From a virus, in the IMG/VR virus record IMGVR_UViG_3300023174_000058, positions 64,001 through 128,000 of that record: a stretch of 64,000 nucleotides of DNA. One strand, written 5' to 3'. This document shows, one piece after another, positions 35,927-45,878 of this stretch. The number at the start of each line of letters is the position of its first letter. The stretch's first letter is position 1. Below the pieces are notes generated by a model. The model had not been told where the DNA came from, searched no databases, and saw only the letters and a program-made list of their open reading frames with translations. Both the position numbers and the translations under genes were made by a program.

Positions 35927-38340
35927 TGGCAAGCACAATAGATATTTTTAATTCCGCTAAGATAGATCAGGCTAAATTAACTGGTAGCCAAGGTTTTTAT
36001 AATAATATAGGTGAAATAACTGAATCAGCCAAACTGCAAGACAAATTTATTTCTAACGTAGACTACTCTGATCCGGCTAATTTTGCTAGATTTGGCTCCG
36101 CTGAAGAATATTATAAAAATGCAATTACATATATTGCGACAGATTATCCATACGATTCATCTTTTTATGAAAAAACAAAGTGGATAAACAATTTAAATGA
36201 ATTAGAATACTATATTTTTAAAGAAGAATTCCCTAAATATAAAGGTTACGTTGAACTAAGCTCATCTCAATATATTGGAACATTTTCTCCATCAAGAGAC
36301 ATCCCAGATACTGACACAAAAAGCATTTATGTTAACGGAGAAAGATACTTTGTTAACGAATCATTAAACTTTAGTGATGGCTTTACGTTTGAAAGCTGGT
36401 TGAAATTTGATAACGTAACAAACACTCCAAACATTCTAACAATTAATACTGTTGTTTCTGGCGGTTCTGGCATTAATAACGTTGTTTTGCTTAAAGTATT
36501 TGCTAGCGCCAGTAATCTTTATGTTTCCGGTAACATTTCTCAGACTAATTTTTCATATAATTTACAAAATGGCAGCTGGAATCATTATGCAATTTCATTT
36601 AATGCAAACAGTTGTTCATTATATGTAGATGGGGAACGCACACAGCAAATACAAACAGACACTTTATTAAATACTGGTAGTTCCTATGTTTTTTATAGAG
36701 CTGGTTTAGTCCCTACAACTCAAACTTCAAGCTATTCCTCACTTGGGACATACATAACTTCCTCAGTATTTACTTTAGGAAGTGGGTCATTGTTATCATT
36801 AGATGAAACAAGATTCTGGAATAAGGAAAGAACTCTTGAAAACGTAGGCCGTTACTGGTTTACGGCTGTTGATGGAAATGATTTTTCGGATCCAAATACA
36901 AGTAATCTTATCCTTTATTATAAATACAATGAAGGCTGGGATGATGTAAATGGAAGCATTTGCTTAGATTATTCCGGTTTTAAGAAAGATGCAATCATTT
37001 ATAATTATAATTTATACGATTGTAGAAAAAGCGGATCAGCAATAGATGATTCTGGTTTGATTGAAGATTTAGAGCCTTCAAGTATTATCTATGCGCCTGC
37101 TATAAGTTATTCAACAGCATCACTAGAAGCGTTTTATGATCAAAAAGTACAATCTGGTACTGATTATGATGAGTTAAATGGCAACGCTTTATATAAAAAG
37201 TTTCCATCTTGGATACTTGAAGAAGAACAATTAAACGAGACAAAGCACTTAAAGCAAGTTATACAGATAGTTTCTTCATATTTTGATGATTTATACAATA
37301 AAATATCAGAAATATCTAACTATAAGCATCAGCAAATAACAACAGATGTTAATAAGCTGTATCCATTTTATGATAAAATATTAACTTCAACTGGATTTGA
37401 TGTAACGGAACTATTTAACAACTTAGATATTATTGAAAAGATCTCATCAAGATCGGAAAATAATATTTTTGATCAAGATATTCAAAAGATAAAAAATAGT
37501 ATATTCCAAAATATATATAACAATTTATCCTTCATACTAAAGTCAAAAGGAACTGAGAAATCTATTAAAAGTTTTCTTAGAAGTTATGGCATAAATGAAA
37601 ACTTGGTTCGTGTTAATCTTTATGCCGATAAATCAAATTACGTTATTAACGATAAATACGTTGAAACAACAGTAAAAAAGAAAACAATAACTCTTACAGA
37701 TAACAAGAATATATTTTTATCTGGTACTGCCGTTGACGCACCAGTAAGCGGCAACTATTTAACGCTTGAAACTTCTGTTATATTTCCAAAAATACTTTTG
37801 TCAAATGCCCCAGCAACAGCATCCATACTTGGGTACTATATTGCCAACAATTCAACAACATTTGCTACAAGTAGTACAAAGCATAGAGCGCTTATAACAG
37901 CAGAAACAGATCAATATGGATCTACTATTTGTTTTTATACAGGTTCAAATGGTACTTCGAATTTTAATTTAGTTGCCTCATCGTCAAAGATTCCAAATTT
38001 ATATGATGATACTGTATGGAATTTCGCTATAGGGCAAAGACCAGACGTTGACACTACGCTTGGAGTGCCTAGCTACCCGTATAAAATAGATTTTAGAGCA
38101 GTTAATACTCAAAAAGAGAACACTCCGATCATAACAGCGTCAGTTGGCTCAATATATGCTAGCGGGTTTCTTTCTGACTACGCCAGATATTTTATTGGAG
38201 CTTTTAATCAAGAAATGACAGGTTCCACGATATATAATTCAAATGCCAAATATTTATATTGTAATTATTGGACAAAGTATTTGAGCGACGATGAACTTAT
38301 TGCGCACAACAAGGACATATTAAGCTATGGCGTTGAATAG
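35926..38340 (+). CDS. Baseplate-associated protein with LamG/ConA-like domains (gp7-like motif)
   Basis: FTFESWLK, WNHYAISF, LYVDG, LDETRFWN (LamG), and KSKGTEKSIKSFLRSYG. Confidence 0.75.
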   Translation: MASTIDIFNSAKIDQAKLTGSQGFYNNIGEITESAKLQDKFISNVDYSDPANFARFGSAEEYYKNAITYIATDYPYDSSFYEKTKWINNLNELEYYIFKEEFPKYKGYVELSSSQYIGTFSPSRDIPDTDTKSIYVNGERYFVNESLNFSDGFTFESWLKFDNVTNTPNILTINTVVSGGSGINNVVLLKVFASASNLYVSGNISQTNFSYNLQNGSWNHYAISFNANSCSLYVDGERTQQIQTDTLLNTGSSYVFYRAGLVPTTQTSSYSSLGTYITSSVFTLGSGSLLSLDETRFWNKERTLENVGRYWFTAVDGNDFSDPNTSNLILYYKYNEGWDDVNGSICLDYSGFKKDAIIYNYNLYDCRKSGSAIDDSGLIEDLEPSSIIYAPAISYSTASLEAFYDQKVQSGTDYDELNGNALYKKFPSWILEEEQLNETKHLKQVIQIVSSYFDDLYNKISEISNYKHQQITTDVNKLYPFYDKILTSTGFDVTELFNNLDIIEKISSRSENNIFDQDIQKIKNSIFQNIYNNLSFILKSKGTEKSIKSFLRSYGINENLVRVNLYADKSNYVINDKYVETTVKKKTITLTDNKNIFLSGTAVDAPVSGNYLTLETSVIFPKILLSNAPATASILGYYIANNSTTFATSSTKHRALITAETDQYGSTICFYTGSNGTSNFNLVASSSKIPNLYDDTVWNFAIGQRPDVDTTLGVPSYPYKIDFRAVNTQKENTPIITASVGSIYASGFLSDYARYFIGAFNQEMTGSTIYNSNAKYLYCNYWTKYLSDDELIAHNKDILSYGVE

Positions 38341-41300
38341 TGACTTATTAGTATCATGGAATTTTGAGACTGTTACCGGATCAAATAGTAGTGGTCAATT
38401 TGAAGTTGCTGACGTGTCAACCACATATAGTGGTATAGGTACCGGCTTCGACGCCAATTCGCAAAATTTTATATTAAAAGAAGATATATTAACTGGTAAA
38501 AAACAACATTTTGAAACTCTTGAGGGATCTGACACAATACAGATTGTGGACTTTGATGACGAAAGAACCTCACAAATAAATAAACCAAGCTCAGTTAGAC
38601 TAGCGATTGAAAACAGCATGTATCAAATCGTTTCTGACGAGATGATGAACCTTTTTACCACAGTAAATTCGTATGCTTTCAAGTTTTCTGTACCAGATAA
38701 CAAATATCAACCAGAATACGATAAGCTTATTGAATTAAGAAAAGGCTTTTTTGAAAACATAGATGGCAAACCAGATTTAGAAAGATATATTGAATTTTAT
38801 AAATGGATCGATTCCTCACTAGGTGCGCTATTAGACCAATTAAAACCAGAAAATTCATCAGATATATCTGGATTAAAGGTAACTGTCGAAAGCCATATTT
38901 TAGAAAGAAACAAATATCAGCATCAATTACCTGTTACTATCGAGCCAAATAAAATTTTTTCTTCTGGAATTCAAGTAATAAAATCAAATGCTACAACTAG
39001 CTCAAATAAACAGGATTATTTAACTACTTCTGCCGATAATATTGCGGTTGATAATGATAAAGTTATCTCTGTTGGAAATATTTTAAACAAAAACTACTCC
39101 AGTAATACAGAAATTATTCAAACTGCTGGTAAGATTCATAATAATCGTGGTACAAAAGAAAATAAAACGGTTATACAAACAAAATTTAGCGCTGGTGACG
39201 GTCTTTCTGAGCAATTTAGAGATTCTTCGGAAGAATTTTCAGTATACAACGATACAAATCAACGCGCATTAAACCTTAGAACTGAATTTAATTTGTCCCA
39301 ATCGCAAGATAGAAGAATAGACCAAGGTACAAGCTCTAATGTTGATTTTGAAGATAATGCGTTTGTGCAGAGAAACGTACCTTATGCTGCTAGAAATTAT
39401 GCTCATACTGAATCAATAGATTATACAAGCATACCAAGCGAAGATATTTTACAACTAAGATATAATAATAGACTTATTTATGATCTAACAAACGGCAAAG
39501 AAGTAATAGAGCCTCCAATTCGATTTGCTGTATCAGCAAAACATAAAGTTAGAATGGTTGGTGCGTTTGAAGATATGGATATTGAATCTCCATATTATTC
39601 AAAGATTGATACTTTTACACCAAGAACACTAAACGCAACTGGTACTTCTGTTTATTTTGATAGAAGTGAGTTTGGTAGATTAGACGACGCTGATACATTT
39701 TATAAAAAAATTGATGGAGCTTCTACAAGCTCTATTGATATTAAACGTGTGGAAATTTTAGATAACATATTTCCACGTAAAGATATGATGGGACGCGCAG
39801 TAATACGTACTAAGTCAGACTATGAAGAAGAAAAAGGTACGTTTAGCAGCACAGAATTAACTTGGTCACAAAATAGCTATAATAATAACAGTGCAGATAT
39901 TAGAAGTTTTTGGAGAGATAATTATGAAGATCGAAAACGTACAAGAGGAGCAGATAACCCTACAAGTTACACTGGTTCAATAAATGCTCTTGGAAGTTAT
40001 AATTTGTCTGAAAGTAATTCATATCAACTTTCAAATCCCTCTAACTATTTGGTATTAACAGGTTCTAACTACTCTGGGACTTGCAATTTTACCACAAACA
40101 TATTTAATAATTATTATGATTTATTATCGACAGTAGAAGCAAGTAGTTCTGTGTCCGACAGGGCTGATCCTAGGATTTATATTGATTTAAGGTCTTCTGG
40201 GATTGGTGATATTTCTGCTTATTCACATGGGGAATTGAGCAAGTTTATAGTCTCTTCTTCTCTTGTCCCAAGAGCAAAACCAACTTTTATATTTAATAAC
40301 TTTCCAAGTTATATCTCTGATCGATATTACTATCCCGGCAGTTTTATATTTTCTGCGGGATACTACCCATCGGCTTCATTTGGATTTAATTTATCTTATC
40401 AAACAGGTTTAGACAGTAGAATAAAACCTTTTTATGATTCTTATAAATTATATTTTGAAAATATAAAGGGAAAATCTCATAATAGTTCCATAATCCCTGA
40501 ATTTCAAGTTTCAAATTTTGATAAACTGCTTTCACAAGATTTTAACGACCCATATGATAATGGAGAATATCTAAAAATACTAGGTAGAGAAAATACAGAT
40601 CAATATTATTCAAATATTTCCGATGCTCTTAATATAGACTTTAACAAATTTTTTGATAAAGACTCAAATAAGATAAAATTTAAATTTAATGGTATAAAAA
40701 AACTATTACCATATAATGGTTTTTATCCACAACAAGCATCTGCAAAGATTGTAAATTTATTTTCTTCTTCTTATTTTTCAGGCTCATCATTAGGAGAAGC
40801 ACAAAAGCAAACACTATTACAACCACTATTCGCCCCCGGTGTATTGTTCAACACAATAAAGGCCGGTATAGCAATGGATTATCCTGTTTGTATAACTTCA
40901 AGCTTAATTACAACAGCTAGTATTTATACCAACGTTTATAATAATACAAATACAGCTTCTTGCGATGAAAATATTAGAGTAATAAAGTCTGGTTCTATTA
41001 CAGATAGAGCGGCTTTTGAATCGTTGCTAGACCCAAAGAAATTTTATTTTGACTTATTTAGCGATTCGGATAAAAGACTTATTTATTTAGATCCGACTCA
41101 CTATAGCGATATTTTTACATATAATTCAGCTTCAAACGCTATTATTCCTTCGGCTTCTTATGCGGATATACAAGATTCATTTATAAACAATAAAGATGAT
41201 CAGTATAAAGCATATATAAACAACTTTTTATCAGAAATTCCAAATTTTTTCTTAAAAAATAACAATCTAACCTACTTCATATCACGCCCAGAAAGTGAAT

Positions 41301-42826
41301 TCCAAACACTAACAAATGGAAAAGAATACTCTTTTAATATTAGAATAAGAAAAAATAATAATTTTTCTATGTTCAAAAGAATTTCTAGTATTGGCAGTAA
41401 CGATCTACCAATCGAAAGTATATTTGGACCGCCAACACAAATTAAAAGTTCTGTTGTTAATAAAAACAATTTATTTAATAGAATAAGTTATTATCCATTT
41501 TGTCCTCCATATTTTGCGGATCGTTTTCTCGACATAGCATCAACTAATCCAAGCACAGATGTTTTAGATGTTCCTGTAACAGTATCATTTATTGCGAATG
41601 ACACAAGAAAATATTCGCTTGAAGATATTTTTAGTTCGGTAACATGTAAAACGTACATAGGTCCAGAGTATGGGCCTCCCGCTTATTATCCATATTCAAA
41701 TGGCATTAGGACGCTACTAGAAAATCTTTTAAATTTAAAAAATAAAATAAACTCAAAGCAAATTACTTTCAGCACAACTACTGGTTTACCAACTGATACA
41801 GTTGATAAAGATGATTTTAGATGGGTAATACAAACAAAGTTTGAAACGCCTCTTATTGATTATGACGATACAACAGAAGCGTCTTCTTCGGTAGGTTCTG
41901 CGCACGTAGGCACATATAGCAGCGCAGGATCCACGAACACTGGGCCTTTGTCTACTGAATTTCGATATAATTTGCTTGAAGGTATATGGTCTTCCTATGG
42001 AAATGTTCCAAAAGACGGTCAAAGTGTACAGATAATCATAGATGATGATGGAGCCGAAAATTCATTATTAGAAGCAGTAGGATTTAGACGAGAATCCAAA
42101 TCAATCGGTCAGCTAGCGACAAACAAAACAATACAAGAAGCAATTGTTTTAGCGCCTTTTGCTGTTAAAAATGCTGATACAAATATATTCACATATAACA
42201 CAACAGAGGATAAATATTTTATCAAGATCCCAGAATCAACCATAAACAGACTACTAAAAGTCCCAAATTATAGATTGATAGATAGAAACAACAATAGGCG
42301 TATGGATAAAATAAAAACAATCCTAAACACAAATCTAGAAATTGATAAAAACAATTCTATAGTAGATTTGATGATTAAAATGGTTAATTATAATATTCCA
42401 CCGCATCTAAATTGGCTGTTCGATACTAATATCGAACCATTTGTAATGTATATTGCTGAATTTAATCATGTATTATCCAAACAAGACCTAGCGGATATTT
42501 GGCAAGGAACAATGCCACAAATTGCTCAAGTTCCAGAAGAACAGCAAGTGACGTTGGAACATTCATTAGGGCCAGATCAGCTATTGGGGAATCTTGATTT
42601 GGGTAAATATGATCTAAAAATGAAAACGTTCAAAATCAAATATAGAGCAAATGGTAGCTATTATGATATGTTAGACGATATCGAAGATAATAAAAATTAT
42701 AAATATGTAAAAAGCGATACATCTATCCCTTGGTATACATATAACTGGCCTTATGATTACTTCTCCCTTGTAGAACTAGTTAATATACAAGCGGGCGAAG
42801 TATACGAAAAATCAGGTAGCGTATAA
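38327..42826 (+). CDS. 1499-aa virion structural protein, probably the continuation of the preceding protein
   Basis: Long ORF that begins with a LamG closing-strand-like segment, LLVSWNFET. Confidence 0.7.
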   Translation: MALNSDLLVSWNFETVTGSNSSGQFEVADVSTTYSGIGTGFDANSQNFILKEDILTGKKQHFETLEGSDTIQIVDFDDERTSQINKPSSVRLAIENSMYQIVSDEMMNLFTTVNSYAFKFSVPDNKYQPEYDKLIELRKGFFENIDGKPDLERYIEFYKWIDSSLGALLDQLKPENSSDISGLKVTVESHILERNKYQHQLPVTIEPNKIFSSGIQVIKSNATTSSNKQDYLTTSADNIAVDNDKVISVGNILNKNYSSNTEIIQTAGKIHNNRGTKENKTVIQTKFSAGDGLSEQFRDSSEEFSVYNDTNQRALNLRTEFNLSQSQDRRIDQGTSSNVDFEDNAFVQRNVPYAARNYAHTESIDYTSIPSEDILQLRYNNRLIYDLTNGKEVIEPPIRFAVSAKHKVRMVGAFEDMDIESPYYSKIDTFTPRTLNATGTSVYFDRSEFGRLDDADTFYKKIDGASTSSIDIKRVEILDNIFPRKDMMGRAVIRTKSDYEEEKGTFSSTELTWSQNSYNNNSADIRSFWRDNYEDRKRTRGADNPTSYTGSINALGSYNLSESNSYQLSNPSNYLVLTGSNYSGTCNFTTNIFNNYYDLLSTVEASSSVSDRADPRIYIDLRSSGIGDISAYSHGELSKFIVSSSLVPRAKPTFIFNNFPSYISDRYYYPGSFIFSAGYYPSASFGFNLSYQTGLDSRIKPFYDSYKLYFENIKGKSHNSSIIPEFQVSNFDKLLSQDFNDPYDNGEYLKILGRENTDQYYSNISDALNIDFNKFFDKDSNKIKFKFNGIKKLLPYNGFYPQQASAKIVNLFSSSYFSGSSLGEAQKQTLLQPLFAPGVLFNTIKAGIAMDYPVCITSSLITTASIYTNVYNNTNTASCDENIRVIKSGSITDRAAFESLLDPKKFYFDLFSDSDKRLIYLDPTHYSDIFTYNSASNAIIPSASYADIQDSFINNKDDQYKAYINNFLSEIPNFFLKNNNLTYFISRPESEFQTLTNGKEYSFNIRIRKNNNFSMFKRISSIGSNDLPIESIFGPPTQIKSSVVNKNNLFNRISYYPFCPPYFADRFLDIASTNPSTDVLDVPVTVSFIANDTRKYSLEDIFSSVTCKTYIGPEYGPPAYYPYSNGIRTLLENLLNLKNKINSKQITFSTTTGLPTDTVDKDDFRWVIQTKFETPLIDYDDTTEASSSVGSAHVGTYSSAGSTNTGPLSTEFRYNLLEGIWSSYGNVPKDGQSVQIIIDDDGAENSLLEAVGFRRESKSIGQLATNKTIQEAIVLAPFAVKNADTNIFTYNTTEDKYFIKIPESTINRLLKVPNYRLIDRNNNRRMDKIKTILNTNLEIDKNNSIVDLMIKMVNYNIPPHLNWLFDTNIEPFVMYIAEFNHVLSKQDLADIWQGTMPQIAQVPEEQQVTLEHSLGPDQLLGNLDLGKYDLKMKTFKIKYRANGSYYDMLDDIEDNKNYKYVKSDTSIPWYTYNWPYDYFSLVELVNIQAGEVYEKSGSV

Positions 42827-43659
42827 TGGCAGCATTTTTAGATCAAAAAGAGGAAGTTTTATCAGTTGAGCTTACAAAACACGGCAGAAAGTTGCTTGGT
42901 TTGGGCCAACTTGAACCAGAATTTTTTTCTTTTTTTGATGATTCTGTTATTTATGACGCAAATTATGGCGATTTAACCGAACAACAAAACGAAATTCAAA
43001 ACCGTCTTTTAAACGAAGATCTAACTTTACGCGCATTAAATGTTACTGACGACATACAACTAGCCCCACTGGGGCGTTCAAGTCCGTCCTCAGATTATGC
43101 ACCAGCTTGGAATCTAAAAGTGTTAAATGGTTCTATAGATTCTTACAACTCTTCTAGTTCAAACTATCTTCAAAAAGAGTTTGATATGAAGGATATAACA
43201 TATACCGTTTCTCTTGAAAAAACAAACGTATCAAATATTCCAAATTTTAATCTCTCATCGTTTGAGCTAGAGGACGGAAGAATTGTAAAAGTTGATGATG
43301 ATTATATCTTACTAGAATTAATAGAAGAGAACGTGGAAGATGAATTTCAAAACTTTACAATAGAACTTTTCACATATGATGAGTTGGCTGGCGGTAAAAA
43401 CGGAGGTTTGGAGCGCCAGTTAATGTTTTTGCCAAAACAGACCAACATAATTGATGGTATCATTTATGATGAAAGCGAGCTTCCAAATAGATTCGCAGAT
43501 ATAAAATTAACAAAAAATGATGCAGAATTCTATTTAGATGTGCTTGTAGATAATGAGATAGATCAAGCGATCATTACAAAAGCCGCTAAAGCCGTCAACG
43601 AAGTTGTTAAAGCAACCTACACCACTACGTTTGAAGGCCCAACAGGATCAGACTGCTAA
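42826..43659 (+). CDS. Baseplate/tail structural protein
   Basis: N-terminal LT..GR.LL..G.....F.F.DD motif shared with the ORF at 48106. Confidence 0.65.
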   Translation: MAAFLDQKEEVLSVELTKHGRKLLGLGQLEPEFFSFFDDSVIYDANYGDLTEQQNEIQNRLLNEDLTLRALNVTDDIQLAPLGRSSPSSDYAPAWNLKVLNGSIDSYNSSSSNYLQKEFDMKDITYTVSLEKTNVSNIPNFNLSSFELEDGRIVKVDDDYILLELIEENVEDEFQNFTIELFTYDELAGGKNGGLERQLMFLPKQTNIIDGIIYDESELPNRFADIKLTKNDAEFYLDVLVDNEIDQAIITKAAKAVNEVVKATYTTTFEGPTGSDC

Positions 43660-45878
43660 TGTTTACAGTTGCTACAATTAACGACTCATCGCAAAATTTA
43701 ATAGCACCATCTGTATACATTGATGGTGTTGAAAAAGAAAACAATACTTACAAAATACACTATTCTCTTGTTGATAACAATAATTCTTGGATGAACAATG
43801 AAGATATTTTAAGTAATCTAAGCGTGTATATAAGCGATGGTATTTCTACAGAAAAAAGACTTTTAAATACAACAATTGCCGCAAATCAAATAAAAAATAA
43901 TACTGTAAAAGATTACGCTATTCTATTCAACACTGCTTCAACCGTAACTATAACCGCTTGGAGCGGAAATGAAAATATAAGCAGCAGCGTAGTCACGCAG
44001 TCTGTATTACTTCAATCTAATATTGTAAAGGCATCATATAACGGCGTAACGTATGATTATGTAAATAAAATAAAAGATTTTGATATTCTAAACTTTATAA
44101 ATACAATAAACTTAAATACAGGTTCGCAAGTAACTTCAAGCACACCACTAGAAAGCGAGCTATTGATATCTTATAATCCAATTAAAAAAGCTTCACTTGG
44201 TTTTATAATAAATTTAGAAAAGCTATTTACACAAAAATCATCATTTTATAATATTTTAAAAGGTAACGAAAATTATAAAAAGTTAATTTTAACAAATTCT
44301 AAAATTAATGATAATTTAAGCTATTTTTCGAAGAAAAACTTAACAAAAAAAGCAAAAGACTATACAAAAATAGCCAACCCTATTTCAGCAAGTATAATAG
44401 ATGCACAAACGTTTTTATATTATGTTGGCGTCGTTGATGATAACACGCAAATAGACGACAAAAGCTATTATGATATTAGCGCGCATATAGAATTTAATGA
44501 TTTTTCAAATGAATTTATTGGTGATAATATTAGAGAAAGTTTAAAGCAAGCGCAATCATTTTTAGAAAAATACAAAAATAGCTTTATAATATCTTGGAAT
44601 GATACTTCAATAAATGATCCAAATACTTTTGTATTTGAAAATTATTACGAGCAATATACCAAAAATATAGAATCATATATTAATGATTTATCACCTCTAT
44701 GTGCGTTGTTGTCTGGTCTTAGTACACAGAAGTTTGCTAGTTTATTTATGTCACTTTTGCACCCGCTAATGACAACACCAGAATTATTAAATAAACTAAC
44801 TGATTTTACTACGAAATTACAAGACACGATTGAATCTATATCTTCTTTGACGGCAAGAGGCGATGCAATTACAAAAAGTAATGTTATATATGATAAGATT
44901 TTTGGTAATTCGGAAGAAAATATCTTTTCTGCTGATTTAAATTATGATTATGACGCTAACACAGGCATTGAATTGCTATCTGCTGATAGTGTTTCTGATA
45001 GAGCAAAAGAAACAATAACGCCGTTAAAAGAGCTAACGCAAACTGATTTTGAAAGCAGAAAAATATTAGAAGCACGAAAATATTTTAGTAACCCAAGCGT
45101 TTCAACAATTAATCAGATAAATCTATTTTCAATAGCAAGTTTTGACATAAAAGGTACATCATTTCAATCTCTTATTGGATTAACGCAGACAGATGTTTCC
45201 CCATATAATGATGTTTACTTATCAATAAAAGAATATAATGATTTTAATTTTAGCTATAAAAAACCAGAAACTTATTTCTTTCAAATTTCAAAAGATGGCA
45301 TAAACATAAAAACATTATCTAACAGAGACAATAAATCTATTAATTCCTTGCAGAAGAGTACATTATTTGATTCAAACCGAGATACAAAACAATCTTCGCT
45401 TAAGTTTATGACTGATACAAACATTAAAAGCCTTTATTATGTATTAGATAATGAAATATTTATTTCTCTTGAAAACATAAAAGATACACAGCACTATAGA
45501 GCAGCCAATAACGATGGCACAGGCGAAGCCTCAGTGTTTAAGTACGCAGAATCTTATTTAGAAAATCCTGACTTAAAAGCAAAGACTTTCATATATTATA
45601 ATAATCTTTTTAGTATAACAAGCCTAACGGAAGCGAATACAACAGATTTAGACATTTATGAGCTACAAGATAATAAAACTAGCTGTGTTTCAGATCTTTT
45701 TACTAAAAAATTAAGACAATTTAATCGTTTTTTTGCCGTTCGTAAAGCCACTACTAAGCCAACGTACGTATTACCTGTATTAAATTTACAAAATGATATT
45801 AAATTAAATGTTCCCGCTATTTATCTTAGCAGAAGCACAACGCCAGCAAAAATTAATATATCAACATCTGAATTATAA
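43659..45878 (+). CDS. Hypothetical virion protein
   Basis: 739-aa ORF, TAATG-coupled within the structural operon. Confidence 0.7.
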   Translation: MFTVATINDSSQNLIAPSVYIDGVEKENNTYKIHYSLVDNNNSWMNNEDILSNLSVYISDGISTEKRLLNTTIAANQIKNNTVKDYAILFNTASTVTITAWSGNENISSSVVTQSVLLQSNIVKASYNGVTYDYVNKIKDFDILNFINTINLNTGSQVTSSTPLESELLISYNPIKKASLGFIINLEKLFTQKSSFYNILKGNENYKKLILTNSKINDNLSYFSKKNLTKKAKDYTKIANPISASIIDAQTFLYYVGVVDDNTQIDDKSYYDISAHIEFNDFSNEFIGDNIRESLKQAQSFLEKYKNSFIISWNDTSINDPNTFVFENYYEQYTKNIESYINDLSPLCALLSGLSTQKFASLFMSLLHPLMTTPELLNKLTDFTTKLQDTIESISSLTARGDAITKSNVIYDKIFGNSEENIFSADLNYDYDANTGIELLSADSVSDRAKETITPLKELTQTDFESRKILEARKYFSNPSVSTINQINLFSIASFDIKGTSFQSLIGLTQTDVSPYNDVYLSIKEYNDFNFSYKKPETYFFQISKDGINIKTLSNRDNKSINSLQKSTLFDSNRDTKQSSLKFMTDTNIKSLYYVLDNEIFISLENIKDTQHYRAANNDGTGEASVFKYAESYLENPDLKAKTFIYYNNLFSITSLTEANTTDLDIYELQDNKTSCVSDLFTKKLRQFNRFFAVRKATTKPTYVLPVLNLQNDIKLNVPAIYLSRSTTPAKINISTSEL

